In this document: positions 43,781 through 56,800 of the stretch, one piece after another
Numbering within the stretch: position 1 is the stretch's first letter
Layout: each line of letters opens with the position of its first letter
Source of the DNA: Auanema rhodensis
Lineage: Eukaryota > Animalia > Nematoda
Direction: 5' to 3'
NCBI GenBank assembly: GCA_964057225.1
Contig: OZ059900.1
Coordinates: 1,674,001 to 1,738,000 of the forward strand
Length of the DNA: 64,000 bases
Position numbers and translations under genes: made by a program
Notes under the pieces: generated by a model
Database searches by the model: none
What the model saw: the letters and a program-made list of their open reading frames with translations, nothing else
What the model was told of the DNA's origin: nothing

Positions 43781-44764
43781 TACGAAGTTAAGTTAGGGCA
43801 CACAACTTCTGAAGCAAGCAACAACATCAACAGTGCTTCTGGAATTGGAACAACCAACTTAAGGACTGTTCAATTTTGGTTCAAGAAATTCCGTAACGGT
43901 GACGAGAACATAGAAGATCAAGCCGAAAAAGGAAGAACTACGACGTTGGATGATTCAGCATTAGATGAATTTTTGGAAAAGGATACGAGTATCAGCTCAA
44001 GAAACCTTGCCGACGAACTTTCAGTGAGTCATACAACTGTATTAACTTATTTGAAAAAACTCGGAAAAGTGAAAAAATTGGATAAATGGGTGCCCCATGA
44101 ACTTTCGGAAGCGCAGAAGAATGTTCGATACATGGCATGCTTAGGATTCAGGCTGAGAAACATGAATGATCCATTTCTCGACAATATCATTACTTGTGAT
44201 GAGAAATGGGTCCTTTACAACAATAAGAAAAGATCAGCTCACTGGATGGACAAAAATGAAACTCCTAAACACTTTTCCAAACTAGCTTTGACATATTCGA
44301 AATTTATGTTAACTGTTTGGTGGTGTTCAACAGAAATCATTCATTATAAGTTTCTACAGCCTAATGATACAATCAATACGGAATCGTACTGCCAAGAAAT
44401 TGATGAAATGCACCAAAAATTATTGAGTTTGAAGCCAGGACTGATCAATAGGAGACGGGCCATCATACTACAGGATAATGCAAGACCCCATGTCTCAAGA
44501 CCGACGATGAAAAAATTTTTTGATTTAGGTTATGAATGTTTACCCCACCCTCCTTATTCACCCGATTTGTCCCCTGCCGATTTCCATTTATTTAAACATT
44601 TATCAAGTTATATTGAAGGTATGGTATTTAAAAATGTTGATGAGGTCAAAAAAATGTTTTGCGACTTCATAAACACTAAAAGACCTGACTTTTATAAAAA
44701 AGGTATTTATTCTCTGCTCAATCGTTGGGAACAATGTATTGAAGCTAACGGTGAATACTTTTAA
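43778..44764 (+). CDS. Mariner transposase (DD34D). The open frame lacks its ATG; the true start is probably ATG 43744/43747, separated by a +1 frameshift.
   Basis: N-terminal HTH region (TVQFWFKKFRNGDENIED), WVPHEL linker, catalytic TCDEKW and QDNARPH, and YSPDLSPAD with 34 residues between the second and third Asp. C-terminal RWEQCIEANGEYF. No internal stops over 328 codons. Confidence 0.93.
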   Translation: MYEVKLGHTTSEASNNINSASGIGTTNLRTVQFWFKKFRNGDENIEDQAEKGRTTTLDDSALDEFLEKDTSISSRNLADELSVSHTTVLTYLKKLGKVKKLDKWVPHELSEAQKNVRYMACLGFRLRNMNDPFLDNIITCDEKWVLYNNKKRSAHWMDKNETPKHFSKLALTYSKFMLTVWWCSTEIIHYKFLQPNDTINTESYCQEIDEMHQKLLSLKPGLINRRRAIILQDNARPHVSRPTMKKFFDLGYECLPHPPYSPDLSPADFHLFKHLSSYIEGMVFKNVDEVKKMFCDFINTKRPDFYKKGIYSLLNRWEQCIEANGEYF

Positions 44765-44791
44765 TTAATTTGTGATTGTAATTTGAAAAAA

Positions 44792-44797
44792 AATAAA
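44792..44797 (+). promoter_or_regulatory. Possible polyadenylation signal AATAAA of the transposase transcript
   Basis: AATAAA lies 28 bp after the stop codon, followed by a T-rich tract before the right TIR. The AT-rich context makes a chance match possible. Confidence 0.35.
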
Positions 44798-44816
44798 TTT
44801 GAATTTTTTTTGTTAT

Positions 44817-44844
44817 ATGCGCAAGAACATTCTTTCCAACCTAA
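44817..44844 (-). repeat. Right terminal inverted repeat ATGCGCAAGAACATTCTTTCCAACCTAA (28 bp)
   Basis: Exact reverse complement of 43570-43597; followed by TA at 44845-44846. Confidence 0.97.
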
Positions 44845-47800
44845 TATGATCAAAAGCATAGTTTTATTGTCTATGACAACAAAAGTCATCAATTAAATGC
44901 TAGTGATGTTTAAATACTGAATTTCGCTCAAATAGCATTACTACACTAAGTATGGTCGTTTTTATGCCTTTAACACCATATACTCACCGATTTTTGGTAC
45001 AAAATCTGTAATACTCGTAAATTTCGATCATATTCGGTGAGATTCGAGAATCAAACACACAATACACGAAATAAGTTTATTTTGACGAGTTTGCACTGGT
45101 ATTTATTCATTTTGATCAAAAAAGGTCGAAAATAGAAAGAATTTTTGAATTTTCCGAGTTTTGAGTCCAATTGGGCTAAATCGCTCATATATATGATCAA
45201 AAGCATAGTTTTACTGTCTATGATAACAAACGTCTTCAAATATACACTAATAATGTGTAAATCACTGAATTTCACTCAAATAGCTTTACTACACTAAGTA
45301 TGGTCGTTTTTATGCCTTTAACACCATATACTCACCGATTTTTGGTACAAAATCTGTAATACTCGTAAATTTCGATCATATTCGTTAAGATTCGAGAATC
45401 AAACACACAATACACGAAATAAGTTTATTTTTACGAATTTGCACTGATATTTATTCATTTTGATCAAAAAAGGTCGAAAATAGAAAGAATTTTTTAATTT
45501 TCCGAGTTTTGAGTCCAATTGGGCTAAATCGCTCATATATATGATCAAAAGCATAGTTTCACTGTCTATGATAACAAAAGTCTTCAAATATACACTAGTA
45601 ATGATTAAATCACTGAATTTCACTCAAATAGCATTACTACACTAAGTATGGTCGTTTTTATGCCTTTAACACCATATACTCACCGATTTTTGGTACAAAA
45701 TCTGTAATACTTGTAAATTTTGATCATATTTGTTAAGATTCGAGAATCAAACACATAATACACGAAATAAGTCTATTTTTACAAGTTTGCACTGATATTT
45801 ATTCATTTTGATCAAAAAAAGGTCGAAAATAGAAAAATTTTTTGAAATTTCCGAGTTTTGAGTCCAATTTGGCTAAATCGCTCATATATAAGATCAAAAG
45901 CATAGTTTTATTGTCTATAACAACAAAAGTCATCAATTAAACGCTAGTGATATTTAAATACTGATTTTCGCTCAAGTAGCATTACTACACTAAGTATGGT
46001 CGTTTTTATGCCTTTAACACCATATACTCACCGATTTTTGGTACAAAATCTGTAATACTTGTAAATTTTGATCATATTCGTTAAGATTTGAGAATCGAAC
46101 ATACAATACACAAAATCAGTCTATTTTTATGAGCTTGCACTGATATATATTCATTTTGATCAAAAAAGGTCGAAAATAGAAAGAATTTTTGAAATTTCCG
46201 AGTTTTGAGTCTAATTTGGCTAAATCGCTCATATATATGATCAGAAGCATAGTTTTAATGTCTATGACAACAAAAATCATCAATTAAACGCTAGTGATGT
46301 TTAAATACTGATTTTCGCTCAAATAGCATTACTACACTAAGTATGGTCGTTTTTATGCCTTTAACACCATATACTCACCGATTTTTGGTACAAAATCTGT
46401 AATACTCGTAAAATTTGATCATATTTGTTAAGATTTGAGAATCAAACACACAATACACAAAATCAGTCTATTTTTATGAGTTTACACTGATATATATTCA
46501 TTTTCATCAAAAAAGGTCGAAAATAGAAAGAATTTTTGAATTTTCCGAGTTTTGAGTCGAATTGGGCTAAATCGCTCATATATATGATCAAAAGCATAGT
46601 TTTACTGTCTATGATAACAAAAGTCTTCAAATATACACTAATAATGATTAAATCACTGAATTTCACTCAAATAGCATTACTACACTAAGTATGGTCGTTT
46701 TTATGCCTTTAACACCATATACTCACCGATTTTTGGTACAAAATCTGTAATACTTGTAAATTTTGATCATATTTGTTAAGATTCGAGAATCAAACACATA
46801 ATACACAAAATAAGTCTATTTTTACAAGTTTGCACTGATATTTATTCATTTTGATCAAAAAAGGTCGAAAATAGAAAGAATTTTTGAAATTTCCGAGTTT
46901 TGAGTCCAATTTGGCTAAATCGCTCATATATATGATCAAAAGCATAGTTTTATTGTCTATAACAACAAAAGTCATCAATTAAACGCTAGTGATGTTTAAA
47001 TACTGAATTTCGCTCAAATAGCATTACTACACTAAGTATGGTCGTTTTTATGCCTTTAACACCATATACTCACCGATTTTTGGTACAAAATCTGTAATAC
47101 TCGTAAATTTTGATCATATTCGTTAAGATTTGAGAATCAAACATACAATACACAAAATCAGTCTATTTTTATGAGCTTGCACTGATATATATTCATTTTG
47201 ATCAAAAAAGGTCGAAAATAGAAAGAATTTTTGAAATTTCCGAGTTTTGAGTCTAATTTGGCTAAATCGCTCATATATATGATCAAAAGCATAGTTTTAT
47301 TGTCTATGACAACAAAAGTCATCAATTAAATGCTAGTGATGTTTAAATACTGAATTTCGCTCAAATAGCATTACTACACTAAGTATGGTCGTTTTTATGC
47401 CTTTAACACCATATACTCACCGATTTTTGGTACAAAATCTGTAATACTCGTAAATTTTGATCATATTCGGTGAGATTCGAGAATCAAACACACAATACAC
47501 GAAATAAGTTTATTTTGACGAGTTTGCACTGGTATTTATTCATTTTGATCAAAAAAGGTCGAAAATAGAAAGAATTTTTGAATTTTCCGAGTTTTGAGTC
47601 CAATTGGGCTAAATCGCTCATATATATGATCAAAAGCATAGTTTTACTGTCTATGATAACAAACGTCTTCAAATATACACTAATAATGTGTAAATCACTG
47701 AATTTCACTCAAATAGCTTTACTACACTAAGTATGGTCGTTTTTATGCCTTTAACACCATATACTCACCGATTTTTGGTACAAAATCTGTAATACTCGTA

Positions 47801-50800
47801 AATTTCGATCATATTCGTTAAGATTCGAGAATCAAACACACAATACACGAAATAAGTTTATTTTTACGAATTTGCACTGATATTTATTCATTTTGATCAA
47901 AAAAGGTCGAAAATAGAAAGAATTTTTTAATTTTCCGAGTTTTGAGTCCAATTGGGCTAAATCGCTCATATATATGATCAAAAGCATAGTTTCACTGTCT
48001 ATGATAACAAAAGTCTTCAAATATACACTAGTAATGATTAAATCACTGAATTTCACTCAAATAGCATTACTACACTAAGTATGGTCGTTTTTATGCCTTT
48101 AACACCATATACTCACCGATTTTTGGTACAAAATCTGTAATACTTGTAAATTTTGATCATATTTGTTAAGATTCGAGAATCAAACACATAATACACGAAA
48201 TAAGTCTATTTTTACAAGTTTGCACTGATATTTATTCATTTTGATCAAAAAAAGGTCGAAAATAGAAAAATTTTTTGAAATTTCCGAGTTTTGAGTCCAA
48301 TTTGGCTAAATCGCTCATATATAAGATCAAAAGCATAGTTTTATTGTCTATAACAACAAAAGTCATCAATTAAACGCTAGTGATATTTAAATACTGATTT
48401 TCGCTCAAGTAGCATTACTACACTAAGTATGGTCGTTTTTATGCCTTTAACACCATATACTCACCGATTTTTGGTACAAAATCTGTAATACTTGTAAATT
48501 TTGATCATATTCGTTAAGATTTGAGAATCGAACATACAATACACAAAATCAGTCTATTTTTATGAGCTTGCACTGATATATATTCATTTTGATCAAAAAA
48601 GGTCGAAAATAGAAAGAATTTTTGAAATTTCCGAGTTTTGAGTCTAATTTGGCTAAATCGCTCATATATATGATCAGAAGCATAGTTTTAATGTCTATGA
48701 CAACAAAAATCATCAATTAAACGCTAGTGATGTTTAAATACTGATTTTCGCTCAAATAGCATTACTACACTAAGTATGGTCGTTTTTATGCCTTTAACAC
48801 CATATACTCACCGATTTTTGGTACAAAATCTGTAATACTCGTAAAATTTGATCATATTTGTTAAGATTTGAGAATCAAACACACAATACACAAAATCAGT
48901 CTATTTTTATGAGTTTACACTGATATATATTCATTTTCATCAAAAAAGGTCGAAAATAGAAAGAATTTTTGAATTTTCCGAGTTTTGAGTCGAATTGGGC
49001 TAAATCGCTCATATATATGATCAAAAGCATAGTTTTACTGTCTATGATAACAAAAGTCTTCAAATATACACTAATAATGATTAAATCACTGAATTTCACT
49101 CAAATAGCATTACTACACTAAGTATGGTCGTTTTTATGCCTTTAACACCATATACTCACCGATTTTTGGTACAAAATCTGTAATACTTGTAAATTTTGAT
49201 CATATTTGTTAAGATTCGAGAATCAAACACATAATACACAAAATAAGTCTATTTTTACAAGTTTGCACTGATATTTATTCATTTTGATCAAAAAAGGTCG
49301 AAAATAGAAAGAATTTTTGAAATTTCCGAGTTTTGAGTCCAATTTGGCTAAATCGCTCATATATATGATCAAAAGCATAGTTTTATTGTCTATAACAACA
49401 AAAGTCATCAATTAAACGCTAGTGATGTTTAAATACTGAATTTCGCTCAAATAGCATTACTACACTAAGTATGGTCGTTTTTATGCCTTTAACACCATAT
49501 ACTCACCGATTTTTGGTACAAAATCTGTAATACTCGTAAATTTTGATCATATTCGTTAAGATTTGAGAATCAAACATACAATACACAAAATCAGTCTATT
49601 TTTATGAGCTTGCACTGATATATATTCATTTTGATCAAAAAAGGTCGAAAATAGAAAGAATTTTTGAAATTTCCGAGTTTTGAGTCTAATTTGGCTAAAT
49701 CGCTCATATATATGATCAAAAGCATAGTTTTATTGTCTATGACAACAAAAGTCATCAATTAAATGCTAGTGATGTTTAAATACTGAATTTCGCTCAAATA
49801 GCATTACTACACTAAGTATGGTCGTTTTTATGCCTTTAACACCATATACTCACCGATTTTTGGTACAAAATCTGTAATACTCGTAAATTTTGATCATATT
49901 CGGTGAGATTCGAGAATCAAACAAACAATACACGAAATAAGTTTATTTTGACGAGTTTGCACTGGTATTTATTCATTTTGATCAAAAAAGGTCGAAAATA
50001 GAAAGAATTTTTGAATTTTCCGAGTTTTGAGTCCAATTGGGCTAAATCGCTCATATATATGATCAAAAGCATAGTTTTACTGTCTATGATAACAAAAGTC
50101 TTCAAATATACACTAATAATGTGTAAATCACTGAATTTCACTCAAATAGCTTTACTACACTAAGTATGGTCGTTTTTATGCCTTTAACACCATATACTCA
50201 CCGATTTTTGGTACAAAATCTGTAATACTCGTAAATTTCGATCATATTCGTTAAGATTCGAGAATCAAACACACAATACACGAAATAAGTTTATTTTTAC
50301 GAGTTTGCACTGATATTTATTCATTTTGATCAAAAAAGGTCGAAAATAGAAAGAATTTTTGAAATTTCCGAGTTTTGAGTCCAATTTGGCTAAATCGCTC
50401 ATATATATGATCAAAAGCATAGTTTTATTGTCTATAACAACAAAAGTCATCAATTAAACGCTAGTGATGTTTAAATACTGAATTTCGCTCAAATAGCATT
50501 ACTACACTAAGTATGGTCGTTTTTATGCCTTTAACACCATATACTCACCGATTTTTGGTACAAAATCTGTAATACTTGTAAATTTTGATCATATTTGTTA
50601 AGATTCGAGAATCAAACACATAATACACAAAATAAGTCTATTTTTACAAGTTTGCACTGATATTTATTCATTTTGATCAAAAAAGGTCGAAAATAGAAAG
50701 AATTTTTGAAATTTCCGAGTTTTGAGTCCAATTTGGCTAAATCGCTCATATATATGATCAAAAGCATAGTTTTATTGTCTATAACAACAAAAGTCATCAA

Positions 50801-53800
50801 TTAAACGCTAGTGATGTTTAAATACTGAATTTCGCTCAAATAGCATTACTACACTAAGTATGGTCGTTTTTATGCCTTTAACACCATATACTCACCGATT
50901 TTTGGTACAAAATCTGTAATACTCGTAAATTTTGATCATATTCGTTAAGATTTGAGAATCAAACATACAATACACAAAATCAGTCTATTTTTATGAGCTT
51001 GCACTGATATATATTCATTTTGATCAAAAAAGGTCGAAAATAGAAAGAATTTTTGAAATTTCCGAGTTTTGAGTCTAATTTGGCTAAATCGCTCATATAT
51101 ATGATCAAAAGCATAGTTTTATTGTCTATGACAACAAAAGTCATCAATTAAATGCTAGTGATGTTTAAATACTGAATTTCGCTCAAATAGCATTACTACA
51201 CTAAGTATGGTCGTTTTTATGCCTTTAACACCATATACTCACCGATTTTTGGTACAAAATCTGTAATACTCGTAAATTTTGATCATATCCGGTGAGATTC
51301 GAGAATCAAACACACAATACACGAAATAAGTTTATTTTGACGAGTTTGCACTGGTATTTATTCATTTTGATCAAAAAAGGTCGAAAATAGAAAGAATTTT
51401 TGAATTTTCCGAGTTTTGAGTCCAATTGGGCTAAATCGCTCATATATATGATCAAAAGCATAGTTTTACTGTCTATGATAACAAAAGTCTTCAAATATAC
51501 ACTAATAATGTGTAAATCACTGAATTTCACTCAAATAGCTTTACTACACTAAGTATGGTCGTTTTTATGCCTTTAACACCATATACTCACCGATTTTTGG
51601 TACAAAATCTGTAATACTCGTAAATTTCGATCATATTCGTCAAGATTCGAGAATCAAACACACAATACACGAAATAAGTTTATTTTTACGAGTTTGCACT
51701 GATATTTATTCATTTTGATCAAAAAAGGTCGAAAATAGAAAGAATTTTTGAATTTTCCGAGTTTTGAGTCCAATTGGGCTAAATCGCTCATATATATGAT
51801 CAAAAGCATAGTTTCACTGTCTATGATAACAAAAGTCTTCAAATATACACTAGTAATGATTAAATCACTGAATTTCACTCAAATAGCATTACTACACTAA
51901 GTATGGTCGTTTTTATGCCTTTAACACCATATACTCACCGATTTTTGGTACAAAATCTGTAATACTTGTAAATTTTGATCATATTTGTTAAGATTCGAGA
52001 ATCAAACACATAATACACGAAATAAGTCTATTTTTACAAGTTTGCACTGATATTTATTCATTTTGATCAAAAAAAGGTCGAAAATAGAAAAATTTTTTGA
52101 AATTTCCGAGTTTTGAGTCCAATTTGGCTAAATCGCTCATATATAAGATCAAAAGCATAGTTTTATTGTCTATAACAACAAAAGTCATCAATTAAACGCT
52201 AGTGATATTTAAATACTGATTTTCGCTCAAGTAGCATTACTACACTAAGTATGGTCGTTTTTATGCCTTTAACACCATATACTCACCGATTTTTGGTACA
52301 AAATCTGTAATACTTGTAAATTTTGATCATATTCGTTAAGATTTGAGAATCGAACATACAATACACAAAATCAGTCTATTTTTATGAGCTTGCACTGATA
52401 TATATTCATTTTGATCAAAAAAGGTCGAAAATAGAAAGAATTTTTGAAATTTCCGAGTTTTGAGTCTAATTTGGCTAAATCGCTCATATATATGATCAGA
52501 AGCATAGTTTTAATGTCTATGACAACAAAAATCATCAATTAAACGCTAGTGATGTTTAAATACTGATTTTCGCTCAAATAGCATTACTACACTAAGTATG
52601 GTCGTTTTTATGCCTTTAACACCATATACTCACCGATTTTTGGTACAAAATCTGTAATACTCGTAAAATTTGATCATATTTGTTAAGATTTGAGAATCAA
52701 ACACACAATACACGAAATAAGTTTATTTTGACGAGTTTGCACTGGTATTTATTCATTTTGATCAAAAAAGGTCGAAAATAGAAAGAATTTTTGAATTTTC
52801 CGAGTTTTGAGTCCAATTGGGCTAAATCGCTCATATATATGATCAAAAGCATAGTTTTACTGTCTATGATAACAAAAGTCTTCAAATATACACTAATAAT
52901 GATTAAATCACTGAATTTCACTCAAATAGCATTACTACACTAAGTATGGTCGTTTTTATGCCTTTAACACCATATACTCACCGATTTTTGGTACAAAATC
53001 TGTAATACTTGTAAATTTTGATCATATTTGTTAAGATTCGAGAATCAAACACATAATACACAACATAAGTCTATTTTTACAAGTTTGCACTGATATTTAT
53101 TCATTTTGATCAAAAAAGGTCGAAAATAGAAAGAATTTTTGAAATTTCCGAGTTTTGAGTCCAATTTGGCTAAATCGCTCATATATATGATCAAAAGCAT
53201 AGTGTTATTGTCTATAACAACAAAAGTCATCAATTAAACGCTAGTGATGTTTAAATACTGAATTTCGCTCAAATAGCATTACTACACTAAGTATGGTCGT
53301 TTTTATGCCTTTAACACCATATACTCACCGATTTTTGGTACAAAATCTGTAATACTCGTAAATTTTGATCATATTCGTTAAGATTTGAGAATCAAACATA
53401 CAATACACAAAATCAGTCTATTTTTATGAGCTTGCACTGATATATATTCATTTTGATCAAAAAAGGTCGAAAATAGAAAGAATTTTTGAAATTTCCGAGT
53501 TTTGAGTCTAATTTGGCTAAATCGCTCATATATATGATCAAAAGCATAGTTTTATTGTCTATGACAACAAAAGTCATCAATTAAATGCTAGTGATGTTTA
53601 AATACTGAATTTCGCTCAAATAGCATTACTACACTAAGTATGGTCGTTTTTATGCCTTTAACACCATATACTCACCGATTTTTGGTACAAAATCTGTAAT
53701 ACTCGTAAATTTTGATCATATCCGGTGAGATTCGAGAATCAAACACACAATACACGAAATAAGTTTATTTTGACGAGTTTGCACTGGTATTTATTCATTT

Positions 53801-56800
53801 TGATCAAAAAAGGTCGAAAATAGAAAGAATTTTTGAATTTTCCGAGTTTTGAGTCCAATTGGGCTAAATCGCTCATATATATGATCAAAAGCATAGTTTT
53901 ACTGTCTATGATAACAAAAGTCTTCAAATATACACTAATAATGTGTAAATCACTGAATTTCACTCAAATAGCTTTACTACACTAAGTATGGTCGTTTTTA
54001 TGCCTTTAACACCATATACTCACCGATTTTTGGTACAAAATCTGTAATACTCGTAAATTTCGATCATATTCGTCAAGATTCGAGAATCAAACACACAATA
54101 CACAAAATAAATTTATTTTTACGAGTTTGCACTGATATTTATTCATTTTGATCAAAAAAGGTCGAAAATAGAAAGAATTTTTGAATTTTCCGAGTTTTGA
54201 GTCCAATTGGGCTAAATCGCTCATATATATGATCAAAAGCATAGTTTCACTGTCTATGATAACAAAAGTCTTCAAATATACACTAGTAATGATTAAATCA
54301 CTGAATTTCACTCAAATAGCATTACTACACTAAGTATGGTCGTTTTTATGCCTTTAACACCATATACTCACCGATTTTTGGTACAAAATCTGTAATACTT
54401 GTAAATTTTGATCATATTTGTTAAGATTCGAGAATCAAACACATAATACACGAAATAAGTCTATTTTTACGAGTTTGCACTGATATTTATTCATTTTGAT
54501 CAAAAAAGGTCGAAAATAGAAAGAATTTTTGAAATTTCCGAGTTTTGAGTCCAATTTGGCTAAATCGCTCATATATATGATCAAAAGCATAGTTTTATTG
54601 TCTATAACAACAAAAGTCATCAATTAAACGCTAGTGATGTTTAAATACTGAATTTCGCTCAAATAGCATTACTACACTAAGTATGGTCGTTTTTATGCCT
54701 TTAACACCATATACTCACCGATTTTTGGTACAAAATCTGTAATACTCGTAAATTTTGATCATATTCGTTAAGATTTGAGAATCAAACATACAATACACAA
54801 AATCAGTCTATTTTTATGAGCTTGCACTGATATATATTCATTTTGATCAAAAAAGGTCGAAAATAGAAAGAATTTTTGAAATTTCCGAGTTTTGAGTCTA
54901 ATTTGGCTAAATCGCTCATATATATGATCAAAAGCATAGTTTTATTGTCTATGACAACAAAAGTCATCAATTAAATGCTAGTGATGTTTAAATACTGAAT
55001 TTCGCTCAAATAGCATTACTACACTAAGTATGGTCGTTTTTATGCCTTTAACACCATATACTCACCGATTTTTGGTACAAAATCTGTAATACTCGTAAAT
55101 TTTGATCATATTCGGTGAGATTCGAGAATCAAACACACAATACACGAAATAAGTTTATTTTTACGAGTTTGCACTGATATTTATTCATTTTGATCAAAAA
55201 AGGTCGAAAATAGAAAGAATTTTTGAAATTTCCGAGTTTTGAGTCTAATTTGGCTAAATCGCTCATATATATGATCAAAAGCATAGTTTTACTGTCTATG
55301 ATAACAAAAGTCTTCAAATATACACTAATAATGATTAAATCACTGATTTTCAGTCAAATAGCATTACTACACTAAGTATGGTCGTTTTTATGCCTTTAAC
55401 ACCATATACTCACCGATTTTTGGTACAAAATCTGTAATACTTGTAAATTTTGATCATATTTGTTAAGATTCGAGAATCAAACACATAATACACGAAATAA
55501 GTCTATTTTTACAAGTTTGCACTGATATTTATTCATTTTGATCAAAAAAGGTCGAAAATAGAAAAAATTTTTGAAATTTCCGAGTTTTGAGTCCAATTTG
55601 GCTAAATCGCTCATATATATGATCAAAAGCATAGTTTTACTGTCTATGATAACAAAAGTCTTCAAATATACACTAATAATGATCAAATCACTGAATTTCA
55701 CTCAAATAGCATTACTACACTAAGTATGGTCGTTTTTATGCCTTTAACACCATATACTCACCGATTTTTGGTACAAAATCTGTGATACTCGTAAATTTTG
55801 ATCATATTCGTTAAGATTTGAGAATCAAACATACAATACACAAAATCAGTCTATTTTTATGAGCTTGCACTGATATATATTCATTTTGATCAAAAAAGGT
55901 CGAAAATAGAATGAATTTTTGAAATTTCCGAGTTTTGAGTCTAATTTGGCTAAATCGCTCATATATATGATCAAAAGCATAGTTTTACTGTCTATGATAA
56001 CAAAAGTCTTCAAATATACACTAATAATGATTAAATCACTGATTTTCAGTCAAATAGCATTACTACACTAAGTATGGTCGTTTTTATGCCTTTAACACCA
56101 TATACTCACCGATTTTTGGTACAAAATCTGTAATACTTGTAAATTTTGATCATATTTGTTAAGATTCGAGAATCAAACACATAATACACGAAATAAGTCT
56201 ATTTTTACAAGTTTGCACTGATATTTATTCATTTTGATCAAAAAAGGTCGAAAATAGAAAAAATTTTTGAAATTTCCGAGTTTTGAGTCCAATTTGGCTA
56301 AATCGCTCATATATAAGATCAAAAGCATAGTTTTATTGTCTATAACAACAAAAGTCATCAATTAAACGCTAGTGATATTTAAATACTGATTTTCGCTCAA
56401 GTAGCATTACTACACTAAGTATGGTCGTTTTCATGCCTTTAACACCATATACTCACCGATTTTTGGTACAAAATCTGTAATACTTGTAAATTTTGATCAT
56501 ATTCGTTAAGATTTGAGAATCGAACATACAATACACAAAATCAGTCTATTTTTATGAGCTTGCACTGATATATATTCATTTTGATCAAAAAAGGTCGAAA
56601 ATAGAAAGAATTTTTGAAATTTCCGAGTTTTGAGTCTAATTTGGCTAAATCGCTCATATATATGATCAGAAGCATAGTTTTAATGTCTATGACAACAAAA
56701 ATCATCAATTAAACGCTAGTGATATTTAAATACTGATTTTCGCTCAAATAGCATTACTACACTAAGTATGGTCGTTTTTATGCTTTTAACACCATATACT

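Larger units (their letters stand above)
43570..44844 (+). mobile_element. Full-length mariner (Tc1/mariner, DD34D) DNA transposon, 1275 bp, Hsmar1/cecropia-subfamily-like
   Basis: Perfect 28-bp TIRs, flanking TA duplication and an internal mariner transposase. The HOR spacing that is 694 bp elsewhere (37172 to 37866) is 1971 bp here (43080 to 45051), i.e. 1275+2 bp longer. The TIR starts TTAGGTTGG as in Hsmar1 (recalled, not searched). Confidence 0.98.
34390..54430. repeat. 7-mer HOR domain (2433 bp) containing the mariner insertion
   Basis: Offsets of 2433: 34412-36845-39278, 35781-38214, 45051-47484-49917, 46463-48896, 51306-53739. One 10-mer step (39278 to 42753) and one step of 2433+1277 across the mariner. 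Confidence 0.88.

Noticed and set aside
43778-44764. Domesticated SETMAR/Metnase-type gene
   Set aside because: There is no SET-domain exon nearby, the third catalytic Asp is retained, and TIRs plus a TA TSD show an ordinary transposon copy.
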